Part shown: piece by piece, positions 19,412 to 28,384 of the stretch
Layout of the letters: the number at the start of each line of letters is the position of its first letter
How positions within the stretch are numbered: position 1 is the stretch's first letter
IMG/VR virus record: IMGVR_UViG_3300043777_000227
Span: 1 to 52,890 of that record
Strand: one strand, 5' to 3'
Source of the DNA: a virus
Taxonomy: Duplodnaviria; Caudoviricetes
Length of the DNA: 52,890 bases
The notes under the pieces: generated by a model
Seen by the model: the letters and a program-made list of their open reading frames with translations, nothing else
What the model was told of the DNA's origin: nothing
The model's database searches: none
Translations under genes and position numbers: made by a program

Positions 19412-19701
19412 GGTTGTTCGATGTCCTCGATCTTCTTTGCGCGTTCGATGTCTCCAGCCTCGGCCTTGTAGCCGTGCGAACTCTGGAGCTTGCTCAACCA
19501 CCAAGAGGTAAATTTTCCCAGTAAATCGCCCCGATTAGCCGCCCTTTGAGCACGAGAGCTAATTGTTTCATCTGGATTGCCGCCTAGCAACACATTGGCG
19601 AACTGGTCCACCCCCACCAACGCTCGGTGGACGTAGCCTTCCTTGGCGGCTTGGGACTCTTCCTTGGCTATAACCTGAGGGCTAAGGGGCTGATCGGTCA
19701 T
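19408..19701 (-). CDS. Conserved phage hypothetical protein
   Basis: DQFANVLLGGNPDETISSR motif, recurrent in phage proteins. Confidence 0.65.
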   Translation of the reverse strand: MTDQPLSPQVIAKEESQAAKEGYVHRALVGVDQFANVLLGGNPDETISSRAQRAANRGDLLGKFTSWWLSKLQSSHGYKAEAGDIERAKKIEDIEQP

Positions 19702-19702
19702 A

Positions 19703-20035
19703 CTACACCTTGCTGGCGGCTAGCTTAGCTGAGGCGATGATCGCCTGCATGTCCGCCACAACGTTCTTGTCGAAGGCGACATTGATGCCATTGGCCTCTG
19801 CAGCAGCGCCGGCGTCTTCTACAGCCTGGGCCACCTGGTCAATCAAGGTGTTTCCCAGGACAAAAGCTGCGGTACTACCCGGAACGAACGCTTCCACAAC
19901 CGGCGAAATGGCGTTCACGTCGGTGATAATCTTGGCCGCAACGGCCGGAGCGCCATTAGCTACCTTCTCCAAGAACGATTTAACATCCTCGGCGCCTTTC
20001 TTGAAATCACTTACCAAAGTTCCTAGAACTGACAT
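19703..20035 (-). CDS. Hypothetical Ala/Val-rich helical protein
   Basis: 110 aa, GGAGG RBS, directly downstream of TerL. Confidence 0.65.
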   Translation of the reverse strand: MSVLGTLVSDFKKGAEDVKSFLEKVANGAPAVAAKIITDVNAISPVVEAFVPGSTAAFVLGNTLIDQVAQAVEDAGAAAEANGINVAFDKNVVADMQAIIASAKLAASKV

Positions 20036-20045
20036 TGCATCCCTC

Positions 20046-21569
20046 CTAGTGGGAATAGCTATTCGATTGGATAAACTTGGCTTTCTCGGCTGGGCTGAGA
20101 ATTAGCTCGCTACCTCGATTGGGTCGAGGATTCTGCGCGCATATATATTGGAAACTGTTCATTAGGTGGTCATTACGCTTGCGGGGCTTGTCCTTGCTAA
20201 GACCCTTCTGGTCGCCTCTAGCAAAGAAATCCCAGACGTAATGGGCGATTTCCCCCTGGAAATCCTTTAGGTCGTCGAAAAAGTATGCCTTTGCATGAGG
20301 CGAAGTCGGCTCAACAGTAGCCTGGATGTACTCACGGGAAGCATTGAGCCCATAGTCTTCTCCAACCACTGCCAGTCTAACTGGTATCTGGGCATCTCGG
20401 TAGAGCTGCTGATTCGTTTTATGTGTCTCGGCATTGCGTTGAGAGCCCCATTTTGGGTCAATTAGCCAGAGGTCGATTCGATCCCCGCCGTTTCGAACCA
20501 GGATATTCTTGGCGTGCTCAGAGACAACAAGGTCTCTTTCATAATACTCTCGATAGAAGTATAGGTCACTGTTAGGCGCCACGGCACACCAGAGACAGGC
20601 AGTTGTTCCAGTGGCAGCGGGGTCAATACATACCACTCTCCGCCAACTTCTAGGAAGGGGGATAGGCTTAATGAGGTGCTTTTTGGGCTCCCATTGGTTA
20701 TAGACAAGGCCTGATCGCTGGATGAACTCGCCATAAAGTCTAGCTTTCTCCTCGTAATGGCCGGCCCATTTCACCTTGAGACGAGTTTTCTCTTCCTCAG
20801 GCACGTAGGGATTGTCCAGCACGCTCAAGTAAACAAAGGCCAAATCCTTTGCCCCAGATTTCCACTCCTCCCACAGGTCGAACACCCACGGCGTTTTCGT
20901 ACCCGAAGCGCAATCTGTTAGCGGCGTGAGGGTTATTAGTATCTTGCCGGCACAATCGACCGTACGTTGATAGCATTCGTCGTAGATTTCGACCTCGGGC
21001 TCTTCGTCAATCCAAACCAAGTCTACGCTAGCCCCTTGGAATTTTTCCCTGCCCGAGTCGGCTGACTTGCAGGTAAGGAGGCTCCCGTTCGTCCCCAGGA
21101 TTTGGTACTCCGAGTCGCTGATCTTTTTCACGAGCGAGGGATCGCTGGGAAATAAAGCTGGATGGTCTTTGCCACGGCGAATCTTTTCGCCCCAAAGGAC
21201 GTCCCTGACGGTTGGAAAGTCCAGCCCAACTACCCAGATTACGTTCGGTGGCTCCGGTATCGGTAGGTCCTTGACCCATTCCCATGCTGGCTCGTCCTTA
21301 AAGTAGTCTTTGCCGAGAAACCACGCTATGGCTATAGCGGCTCCGACCTCGGTCTTGCCGGAGCGATTACCCCCCAACAGCCCAATGACCTTCTTGTCGG
21401 GCGTGAAGGCCTTGAATAGCGCTGGCTGGTTGCCCTCCTTATAAGGCGACCAGTACTTAATATAGCTGGTTTGGCGCTTGTTAGCTTCAACCGCCTCCAG
21501 GATCGCCAAGGCTTCCTGAGAGTCGTAGGCCTCTAGCTCCCGCAAAGCGGCTTCAACTCCGCTCGACAT
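20046..21569 (-). CDS. terL: Terminase large subunit
   Basis: Walker A GGNRSGKT, Walker B VWIDEE, coupling motif TLTP, nuclease motifs CIDPA and NDHLMNSFQY. Confidence 0.95.
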   Translation of the reverse strand: MSSGVEAALRELEAYDSQEALAILEAVEANKRQTSYIKYWSPYKEGNQPALFKAFTPDKKVIGLLGGNRSGKTEVGAAIAIAWFLGKDYFKDEPAWEWVKDLPIPEPPNVIWVVGLDFPTVRDVLWGEKIRRGKDHPALFPSDPSLVKKISDSEYQILGTNGSLLTCKSADSGREKFQGASVDLVWIDEEPEVEIYDECYQRTVDCAGKILITLTPLTDCASGTKTPWVFDLWEEWKSGAKDLAFVYLSVLDNPYVPEEEKTRLKVKWAGHYEEKARLYGEFIQRSGLVYNQWEPKKHLIKPIPLPRSWRRVVCIDPAATGTTACLWCAVAPNSDLYFYREYYERDLVVSEHAKNILVRNGGDRIDLWLIDPKWGSQRNAETHKTNQQLYRDAQIPVRLAVVGEDYGLNASREYIQATVEPTSPHAKAYFFDDLKDFQGEIAHYVWDFFARGDQKGLSKDKPRKRNDHLMNSFQYICAQNPRPNRGSELILSPAEKAKFIQSNSYSH

Positions 21570-21906
21570 CTAGCGCCTTTAGTCTTTCTGGGGTAACATA
21601 GCCTATTTCCAACATGGTAGGGATTTCCTGGTTCTTGAAGTGGCGAAGGCCATAGCTAGCCATAAACACTTCCCGACCATCCTGGTCCTTATCGAAGAGA
21701 ACTTTATAAGCCTTCTCGCCCCACAGCACTGATCCATCACTATGCTGGCCTGGATGACCGGCTTCTAGCGTGCAGTGGGTTGTAAACCAGACACCTTCTC
21801 GGCGGGCGTCGCCGTGCTTCCAGCCGTCGTCCTTGGCTTCGAAGCGGTTACTGCATTGCAGCTCAATTTGCACGCTGGTCCTTGGATTCACTCTCAGCTC
21901 GCTCAC
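21553..21906 (-). CDS. Hypothetical protein
   Basis: 117 aa, CTLEAGHPGQH motif, lies between the terminase genes. Confidence 0.55.
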   Translation of the reverse strand: MSELRVNPRTSVQIELQCSNRFEAKDDGWKHGDARREGVWFTTHCTLEAGHPGQHSDGSVLWGEKAYKVLFDKDQDGREVFMASYGLRHFKNQEIPTMLEIGYVTPERLKALDVERS

Positions 21907-22303
21907 GCAATTTTTGGCGAATTTGGTCCAAATCCCTGCCTGTCATGCCAGCAAAGACGTTCACATTGCCCGCTTCACCGACCCAACCCTCGACTTTTGT
22001 AGCCTTTAGGATCACCTCAGCGGCTTTGTCGTACTCACCGCGAGTGAACAATTCCTCCGCGCAGGCTAGAAGCTTGCCGACGGCAGTCTTTTTGGACCAT
22101 TCCTTGTCGGTGCCAATCTCTCTAAAATGACGATTTCGGCTGCTACGCAAGATTCGCTGGAATACCGCTGAACGAAAGGTGTTCCTGGCCTCCAGAGTGG
22201 TCATCGGCACCTTCAGTCGGGTAGCCGCTTCGGTGATCTGGAGCCCCTCACGGCTCATTAGGTCGGCCACATCCTGCCACCAGGCTTGTTCTTCTTTAAC
22301 CAA
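21863..22303 (-). CDS. Candidate terminase small subunit
   Basis: First gene of the late arm, upstream of TerL; N-terminal HTH-like region (ITEAATRLKV) and helical body. Confidence 0.5.
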   Translation of the reverse strand: MVKEEQAWWQDVADLMSREGLQITEAATRLKVPMTTLEARNTFRSAVFQRILRSSRNRHFREIGTDKEWSKKTAVGKLLACAEELFTRGEYDKAAEVILKATKVEGWVGEAGNVNVFAGMTGRDLDQIRQKLRERAESESKDQRAN

Positions 22304-22599
22304 GGAAGTGAATTCCTCTCCAAAGCGCCACTAAGCCCAATGAAATCAACAAATCGGCTTGTAGCACAGAAAGTTTAGGCAGTTTAAACGCTTGCCCAGG
22401 CGTGGAGTACGCTTGCTGTCCAGTCAAGTGGGCTCCTTTAAGCCTTTTAAAGGGCTATCGCTGGTTCACGCCAGCACGAGTATCCAGACAGTAGCTGGAT
22501 GTATATGTGCAATAGGAGCCAGAATCCGTCCAGGCTGGTAAAAATCAGCTAAAATTGTCAAAATAACTGGCCTAAAATGAGTTACTTATGGGTGCGGGG

Positions 22600-22630
22600 T
22601 TGCAGTACTAAGTCGAATTGCTGCTATAAT
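22600..22630 (+). promoter_or_regulatory. Sigma70-type early promoter with extended -10
   Basis: TGcTATAAT at 22622-22630 (perfect extended -10) and TTGCAG at 22600-22605 (19-nt spacer), upstream of the first plus-strand ORF. Confidence 0.6.
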
Positions 22631-22850
22631 ATAACTAGAAAAGCTGATTAGTAAATGGGTTAGTTAGGACCCAACTGCGATACGATGGCGATGTCGAGTG
22701 GTAAAGCTAAACCCCTGCGCTGCAAGCTGTTAGCAGCGTTGAACTTGACGGCCAGTTGCGCGCACACGCAAGCAAAGCCCGTTGGGTGAGCGGCGCATCG
22801 GTCGTTAACCCAATGCCGAGCCTACCGCTAGTGACACATGGAGACACACC

Positions 22851-23165
22851 ATGAGTGATTTGATGCTTCCGAACATTGACGACGTAAGAGAGCGTATTCA
22901 GCAGACCATCGCCGATCACCTTGCATTGGAGAAAGCTGGCAAGACTGGCAATCCGTACTTCGCTTATGGCGGGGCTAACGGCATTGACATGGAGGTTGGT
23001 GGGGTTGTGGGCAGACTCAAGGTGGGTTGGTTCGCCTTGAAGCCAGCCGAGCAAGTAGCTGCGAAGCGTGCTGCTACGGCCACAAGCGCGTTTGCCACGG
23101 CGAAGCGCCTTATGACCACGGAAGAAAAGCGTGCAGCAGCCGAGGAATTGCTGGCCGATCTCTAG
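22851..23165 (+). CDS. Early hypothetical protein
   Basis: 104 aa, GGAG RBS, first gene of the plus arm. Confidence 0.75.
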   Translation: MSDLMLPNIDDVRERIQQTIADHLALEKAGKTGNPYFAYGGANGIDMEVGGVVGRLKVGWFALKPAEQVAAKRAATATSAFATAKRLMTTEEKRAAAEELLADL

Positions 23166-23277
23166 GCCAGTAGCAAGCTGGTTAGGCACTAGCCTACGCA
23201 AGTCCAGCGACTAGGCCGTTGGAGACAACGTGCTTAGTCAGTGGGCTTTCGGTAATCGAGCCTGCTAGGAGGCGCTT

Positions 23278-23436
23278 ATGAGAGCCAAGGTGTTTGAGTA
23301 CTTGACGTACAGCTTTCCCGTCGTTAGGACTACAACCGAAGCGCACGTACTTGCGGCACTAGAGCGACGGTTTGAGCTGACGCCGCGCTTTGCCAAGTTT
23401 TACCTTGACCAGTGGTTTGGTCAGGTAGGGGGCTAA
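23278..23436 (+). CDS. Small early hypothetical protein (52 aa)
   Basis: AGGAGG RBS; MRAKVFEYLTYSFP...; below the ORF-track cutoff. Confidence 0.6.
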   Translation: MRAKVFEYLTYSFPVVRTTTEAHVLAALERRFELTPRFAKFYLDQWFGQVGG

Positions 23437-23437
23437 C

Positions 23438-23812
23438 ATGGGGCTACTACCAGTCAAGAATTACCCACTGGCTAAGGCGCTCAAGAAGGCGAACCATGCC
23501 GACCAGCGCATACCCGTGGGCATGGACGCCAAGCACTGGGACGCCATACTTAAGCAGCGCCTGATTGACGCCTATGTGTCCAACGCTATGTGGGCGGGCT
23601 ATCAGGTCGCCAAATGGGTAGAAACTCGCCGGCGCATAGGAACGGGCTATGCTGATGCGCTGGAATTGCTCAACGATGAGAGGCTTATGGGCGAGCGGCT
23701 AGACGAGTTCGCTGTACATGCCGCTTTGCGCCCATTTGCCATTCGCCGGGCTAGGGCTTTGGTGCTATCTGGCAAGCTCCAGCCCCGCCGGGAACAAGCC
23801 AATGGAAACTAG
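23438..23812 (+). CDS. Early hypothetical protein
   Basis: 124 aa, operon-packed. Confidence 0.65.
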   Translation: MGLLPVKNYPLAKALKKANHADQRIPVGMDAKHWDAILKQRLIDAYVSNAMWAGYQVAKWVETRRRIGTGYADALELLNDERLMGERLDEFAVHAALRPFAIRRARALVLSGKLQPRREQANGN

Positions 23813-24047
23813 CTGCCCTAGCTGTGGAAGCATGTACATGGTAGATCGCCCATTGGTTGAATATTGGCGCAACGATATTAGCATGGGTCTAAAGCCATGC
23901 CGTGATCGCTGGCACATCGAGCGCCACGACGTTGATGCCGAGTTTGAGGCTAGAATGACGTTGATTGACCCCAACAAGCTGATCTTGAACGACTGGGATA
24001 TTCACTTTCTGCGCGATATGCAGATTGAGGTGCCTCGTGCCAATTGA
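23802..24047 (+). CDS. Early hypothetical protein with CxxC
   Basis: METSCPSCGS...CRDRWH; start reassigned to ATG 23802. Confidence 0.55.
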   Translation: METSCPSCGSMYMVDRPLVEYWRNDISMGLKPCRDRWHIERHDVDAEFEARMTLIDPNKLILNDWDIHFLRDMQIEVPRAN

Positions 24048-24181
24048 GCTGGTTTGCTTACTAGGCGTTTGGCTATTTACCTTAGGTTGGAAGCTGCGAC
24101 GCCTAGGCTATTAGACTGCGCTGTTGGTCGCTCTAGTGTCAACAGAGCTACCATTGGGCAGTTTAACTCTAAGGAGGTTGT

Positions 24182-24304
24182 ATGGACAATGATAGCACAG
24201 AGTTGGTGCATGTCGAACCCGCAGTTGGCGAAATCGTCGAGGAGCCGATTGAGGCTCGAGGCGAGCAGGAAGCCGATGCCGCCGAAGAAGGCGAAATCGA
24301 CTAG
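24182..24304 (+). CDS. Very acidic 40-aa peptide
   Basis: Strong TAAGGAGG RBS; MDNDSTELVHVEPAVGEIVEEPIEARGEQEADAAEEGEID. Confidence 0.65.
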   Translation: MDNDSTELVHVEPAVGEIVEEPIEARGEQEADAAEEGEID

Positions 24305-24409
24305 GCAACGAAGTCTGTTGCTGCTTTGCTAGGTTTGTGTCTAGCAGCCAGAGCCATGTGGATTCGAGTGGCTTTGGCTAGTGGACATAATCCACTGGAG
24401 GAACTAGCT

Positions 24410-24559
24410 ATGGAACAAGAATGCGAATTTTGCGGTACCGAGCTGTGTGAGTGCGAACCAAGCGAGCTAGAACCCCGCCAGATGCTCCGCGCTGTGTGCA
24501 TAGCGGTGCTGGCTGGGCTGGTGATTTGGGTGGCGCCATTTGCGGCGTTCCTGCTATGA
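24410..24559 (+). CDS. Small Cys-rich membrane protein
   Basis: GGAGG RBS; CEFCG..LCEC plus a C-terminal TM segment. Confidence 0.55.
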   Translation: MEQECEFCGTELCECEPSELEPRQMLRAVCIAVLAGLVIWVAPFAAFLL

Positions 24560-24780
24560 GGCGCACTAACACAGAGCTTCTTGCCATAATCAACTACTCA
24601 CCTGGTTTGTGCCTATGTGGGCATGGCGAAAGCTGTGGGGTGTGCTCACGTAGCGACAAAACCCGTGAATTTGAGCATATCGCCAAGGAGTTAGCTAAGC
24701 GAGAATTAAAGAGACGTGGCGTTGTGCTGAAGGTTGCGAACAGAGCACACGGCTATTTCTCCACGGAATACATGCTGTGA
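24556..24780 (+). CDS. Small Cys-rich hypothetical protein
   Basis: ATGA coupling; CLCGHGESCGVC. Confidence 0.5.
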   Translation: MRRTNTELLAIINYSPGLCLCGHGESCGVCSRSDKTREFEHIAKELAKRELKRRGVVLKVANRAHGYFSTEYML

Positions 24781-24897
24781 TGCGGCGCTACGCTCTGGAC
24801 AGGGAATTGCTGTGGGATGTGGTAATTTTGCTGGTGATCTTGGCGATATTCGCTGGGATTCTACATTAGCCCGTGATTTCTTGATTGGCAGACTTCC

Positions 24898-25149
24898 ATG
24901 GATAAATTCATTCAAGAGGTGTTGCACCGACGAAATAGCTATATTGGTAGTAGGGATGGTCCCGTAATAGCCAGAGAAGGTGAGTTTATTAAGCAACCTC
25001 CCGGCTATCGCCAAGCGATGGAGTTTCTGCTGGCTGGACGTACAACCTTGCCCCCTAGTCCTGAGGAGCCTAATATTTACTGGAGCACTTTGGGCAGCAA
25101 GGGTAGAATATATCGCTTTTGGTTAAAGGAGGCCAAATGGCCAACATAG
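24898..25149 (+). CDS. Early hypothetical protein
   Basis: 83 aa in the plus-strand run. Confidence 0.5.
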   Translation: MDKFIQEVLHRRNSYIGSRDGPVIAREGEFIKQPPGYRQAMEFLLAGRTTLPPSPEEPNIYWSTLGSKGRIYRFWLKEAKWPT

Positions 25150-25635
25150 GTTACTATTGCATTTGTGGCGAGCGTTGTGACACTCCCATGCTGCTTAGCC
25201 GCCACCAAGCTACCTGCAAGGTGGTTAGGGAGCCGGGCACACCATTTCCAGCCGCCTTGGCCAAGATAAATCCACCGGGAGCACAATATGGACACCATGC
25301 TCGCCAAGCTAGCTGACATGCTACAAGCCATTAGATACCTCGCTGTGGGCCTGCTGTGTGTACTGGCGGCGCTAGTCTGGATATTTGACAACGACCGTTG
25401 GTGGAGCTAGCTATGAGCTTCCATAACGACATTTTCGTGCTTAGCCAAGCCCTACGTGCGCTGAACACAGCACCACGCTTCAAAGTGGGTGAAACTGACA
25501 GCTACGAGATAGCACGCTTGGTACAGGAGCTACTACGCCAAAAGGAATTTGACCACGAATCCATTGATTCCTGACGTGCGCACACGCGCGAGTGAAGCCC
25601 GCTAGTCGGCTGGAATCGCCAGCCGGGAGGCCAAA

Positions 25636-26019
25636 ATGCTTTACAATCGAGCGGACATGGAATTGGAGTTAGAAATTATTGAGATCGCCAGCCAATCGCT
25701 GAGTCGCAAGGTAGCTGCTGGAGAAATCTCGGGCTTCGAGTGCTTGAGGGTTGAGCGCGAGCTGGATTATCGCCGTCGCCAAGCCAAGGGCAAGCTGCTG
25801 CGAACCCAGGGGATAGTCAGCGACATTCGCGCCGCTAAATATCGCCTGCAAGACGCCAACAATTTGCAAGCTGGACCTGAGTACAAGCGCCAAGCTGTTG
25901 CGCTGGCTGAAGCAGCCGTCAAGAGAGCGCTAGCAGCCACTCGATTCAACCAGTCGCCTTATCGCCGTAAGGAGCAAGATGGAGAAATCGTTCAAGAATT
26001 GCAAGCGTCTATTGGGTAA
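25636..26019 (+). CDS. Early hypothetical helical protein
   Basis: 127 aa, GGAGG RBS. Confidence 0.65.
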   Translation: MLYNRADMELELEIIEIASQSLSRKVAAGEISGFECLRVERELDYRRRQAKGKLLRTQGIVSDIRAAKYRLQDANNLQAGPEYKRQAVALAEAAVKRALAATRFNQSPYRRKEQDGEIVQELQASIG

Positions 26020-26181
26020 GCATTTGTGCTGTCTGTGCAAGCACCGGCGTGCGTTCTGCTGGCGCATCAACAAACGAATTGCGTGCCGAAATTGTCTGAA
26101 TTGGATACTTATTAGGCGCGAATTGGGCTTGCGCTAACGAGGTTGTAACTTTAGCGACGTAGTTTGTCGCCAGGAGATAGC

Positions 26182-26445
26182 ATGAAAAAGTTTACCCTAG
26201 GCTGTGTGCTGGGCGTTTTGTTGGGTGCTGTGCCAATCCACGCCGATGACACTGTGAAGGTGATGGACCGGGCAGAACGCTTGCTCAAGGTGGACTCCAG
26301 CCTGATCGAGGAGTTCACTGAGTTCTACGTGACGGTTTGCACTGTCAATCCGGCAGACGCGCAGGTTAGCTCGGTCTGCTTGGAGCATAATTCCAAGATT
26401 GATGTGCTTTTCAAGAAAATCATCGCCATTGGTAAAGAGAAGTAG
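26182..26445 (+). CDS. Secreted hypothetical protein
   Basis: AGGAG RBS; signal peptide MKKFTLGCVLGVLLGAVPIHA. Confidence 0.65.
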   Translation: MKKFTLGCVLGVLLGAVPIHADDTVKVMDRAERLLKVDSSLIEEFTEFYVTVCTVNPADAQVSSVCLEHNSKIDVLFKKIIAIGKEK

Positions 26446-26555
26446 TCCAACAAAATCGCCTAGCCGAGACTAAAAACCTCGCTAGTCGCTAGCGGCTGGC
26501 TTGGCCATTCCGGGTACCGGCCAGCCGCGCCTCCTACTTTAGCAGAGAGGAAACT

Positions 26556-26963
26556 ATGCAAACGAACCAAGAAATTGCGGACAAGGCGTTGGATTTAGTT
26601 AAGCAGGGCGTCACCACACTCTACACCGACGTTCAGAAGGTTGCGCCACAGGTCTGGAACATGGCCTTGCGGCAAACAATTGTTGACGGTGTGGAATGTC
26701 TGATTGGGGTTGGGCTAGGGGCCGGGCTGATCGTGTTTGGGCGTTATCTTTGGATTCATGGTACTAAGCTACGCGCGGCCCACATTAATCTGAGCTGGTA
26801 CAACTCAGACAGAGAGACAGGTTGGAAGGTCTGTGGCTGGATTGCGGGGGTAACGGGCTTCCTTATTGTAACGATCTGTCTATTTAACGCCATTGATCTG
26901 CTGGGCAATCCCGGCTACTGGACGCTGGTAAGGCTGATCCAGCTAGCACAGCCTAACCACTAG
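26556..26963 (+). CDS. Two-TM membrane protein
   Basis: GAGG RBS; APQVW...RQ, two hydrophobic helices, NPGYW. Confidence 0.7.
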   Translation: MQTNQEIADKALDLVKQGVTTLYTDVQKVAPQVWNMALRQTIVDGVECLIGVGLGAGLIVFGRYLWIHGTKLRAAHINLSWYNSDRETGWKVCGWIAGVTGFLIVTICLFNAIDLLGNPGYWTLVRLIQLAQPNH

Positions 26964-27121
26964 GAGTTACCAAATGTGTCAACGCGGCCAATGCTGGGGA
27001 ATTCGTGACACCATCGCCTATCACGACACGGAAACCCTGCTGAAATTCCTGAAATTGATCCAGAACCGCGAAGCCTACTGGCGCAGAGCTGTGCTAGTTG
27101 AGCTGGGAAAGCGAGGCGTTA

Positions 27122-27364
27122 ATGTCCAATAAACCTATCTGTCCACATTGCAGTAAGCCGATTCAATCAAACCTCTTACCCCAGGCTAGCAAGGATAAGC
27201 TGGCTAAGTTTCGTTACCGCGCGGAACAATTAGTACAGGAGATCGCCGAGCGTCGAAATAAGCTGCGCGACCTTATTGACGAGTGCGGAGACTTGGAAGA
27301 GCACTGTGACAACTTTGAGAACCTAATGCAAGAAGCCTTGGACGGGCTGAGCGAGGTTATCTAA
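27122..27364 (+). CDS. Zn-ribbon plus coiled-coil hypothetical protein
   Basis: MSNKPICPHC..., GAGG RBS. Confidence 0.55.
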   Translation: MSNKPICPHCSKPIQSNLLPQASKDKLAKFRYRAEQLVQEIAERRNKLRDLIDECGDLEEHCDNFENLMQEALDGLSEVI

Positions 27365-27567
27365 TGGCCAAGCATCTTAAGTCCTTTTGGCTCTGTAAGA
27401 TAATCGGCCATGCCTATCACACCGTTTCCCTGAAAAATTGCGCTGTGTCGAATTGCCGGCGGTGTGGCGCAAGGTACTATAGCCCAGATTATCCAGTGCA
27501 CCTTGAAAATGAGGTGGAAATTCGGGCTGGGCAACTTGGATTGCTGCCAGAGGCACGCGAACAATGA
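27364..27567 (+). CDS. Small Zn-finger phage protein (DUF1660-like)
   Basis: LCKIIGH...CRRCG pattern. Confidence 0.5.
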   Translation: MAKHLKSFWLCKIIGHAYHTVSLKNCAVSNCRRCGARYYSPDYPVHLENEVEIRAGQLGLLPEAREQ

Positions 27568-27911
27568 AAAATCCCCTTGAAAGCATTCATGTTAGGGCCG
27601 CGATCATGGCCCTAATCATTTTTGGTGAAGCTTGCGCTTGCGCCTACTGGACGGTTGTTGGGGAAATTGTAGCAATCGTGCTCATAGTGGCATTGGCAGT
27701 CATGGTTTGCTACATCATGGCCCTTGTCATGGGGCCTGAATAATGAGCTGGTGCGTCAAGGTCAAATCGCTCTGGGGCTGGGAGACTCGCGCCGAATTCA
27801 AATTCCGCGATGAGGCTTGCAACTATGCCCACTGGCTCCGCAAGCAAACCCGTTTTTTGGTACAGGTCGAGGCGTTGTGACCGGGCTGGGCACTCCTAAG
27901 GAGGTGGCGAG

Positions 27912-28175
27912 GTGAGCGACGTTTACGTGGTTATGGGCCAGACTGGCGAGTATTCAGATCGCACCGAGTGGGTTGTCGTCGCGTACAGCAATGAGGCCGA
28001 TGCACAGAAGCATGTTGAGAACGCCACCCGCAGAGCAAAGGAACTGGAAGTTACCAAGCCGAGGAACTGGGAAGCTCTGGAAGCCCACCTCGCCTCAAAT
28101 GAGTTTGACCCCGCCATGCAGCTTGATTATACGGGAACGCGCTACTACTACATGGCCGTGGAGTTGCGTTCGTGA
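27912..28175 (+). CDS. Conserved small phage hypothetical protein
   Basis: VYVVMGQTGEYSD..EWVVVAY...A motif; GGAGG upstream. Confidence 0.65.
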   Translation: MSDVYVVMGQTGEYSDRTEWVVVAYSNEADAQKHVENATRRAKELEVTKPRNWEALEAHLASNEFDPAMQLDYTGTRYYYMAVELRS

Positions 28176-28384
28176 CCATCCCGAAGCGGAAGGCGAAGCG
28201 AAGCATCTGGAGTATTGAGACTATCTATTGCGAGCAATTGGAAGAAGGCGTGCTGCTGGCGACGGCAGTATTTCGAGACTCTCAATTCGGCATGGCGCTG
28301 CGAAAGAGTTTCAAGACGGGCGATCTGGTGCGCGTTACGGTTGAAATCGCCCCCATCCCGAGCAAGAGGAGCAAAAAGCGATGA
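28172..28384 (+). CDS. Hypothetical protein
   Basis: 70 aa, GTGA/ATGA coupling on both sides. Confidence 0.55.
   Translation: MTIPKRKAKRSIWSIETIYCEQLEEGVLLATAVFRDSQFGMALRKSFKTGDLVRVTVEIAPIPSKRSKKR

Noticed and set aside
62-22130. Many plus-strand ORFs in the left arm (e.g. 3454-4164, 13669-14022, 19710-20105)
   Set aside because: They are antisense shadows of long minus-strand genes with clear motifs and RBSs, and have no recognisable domains of their own.
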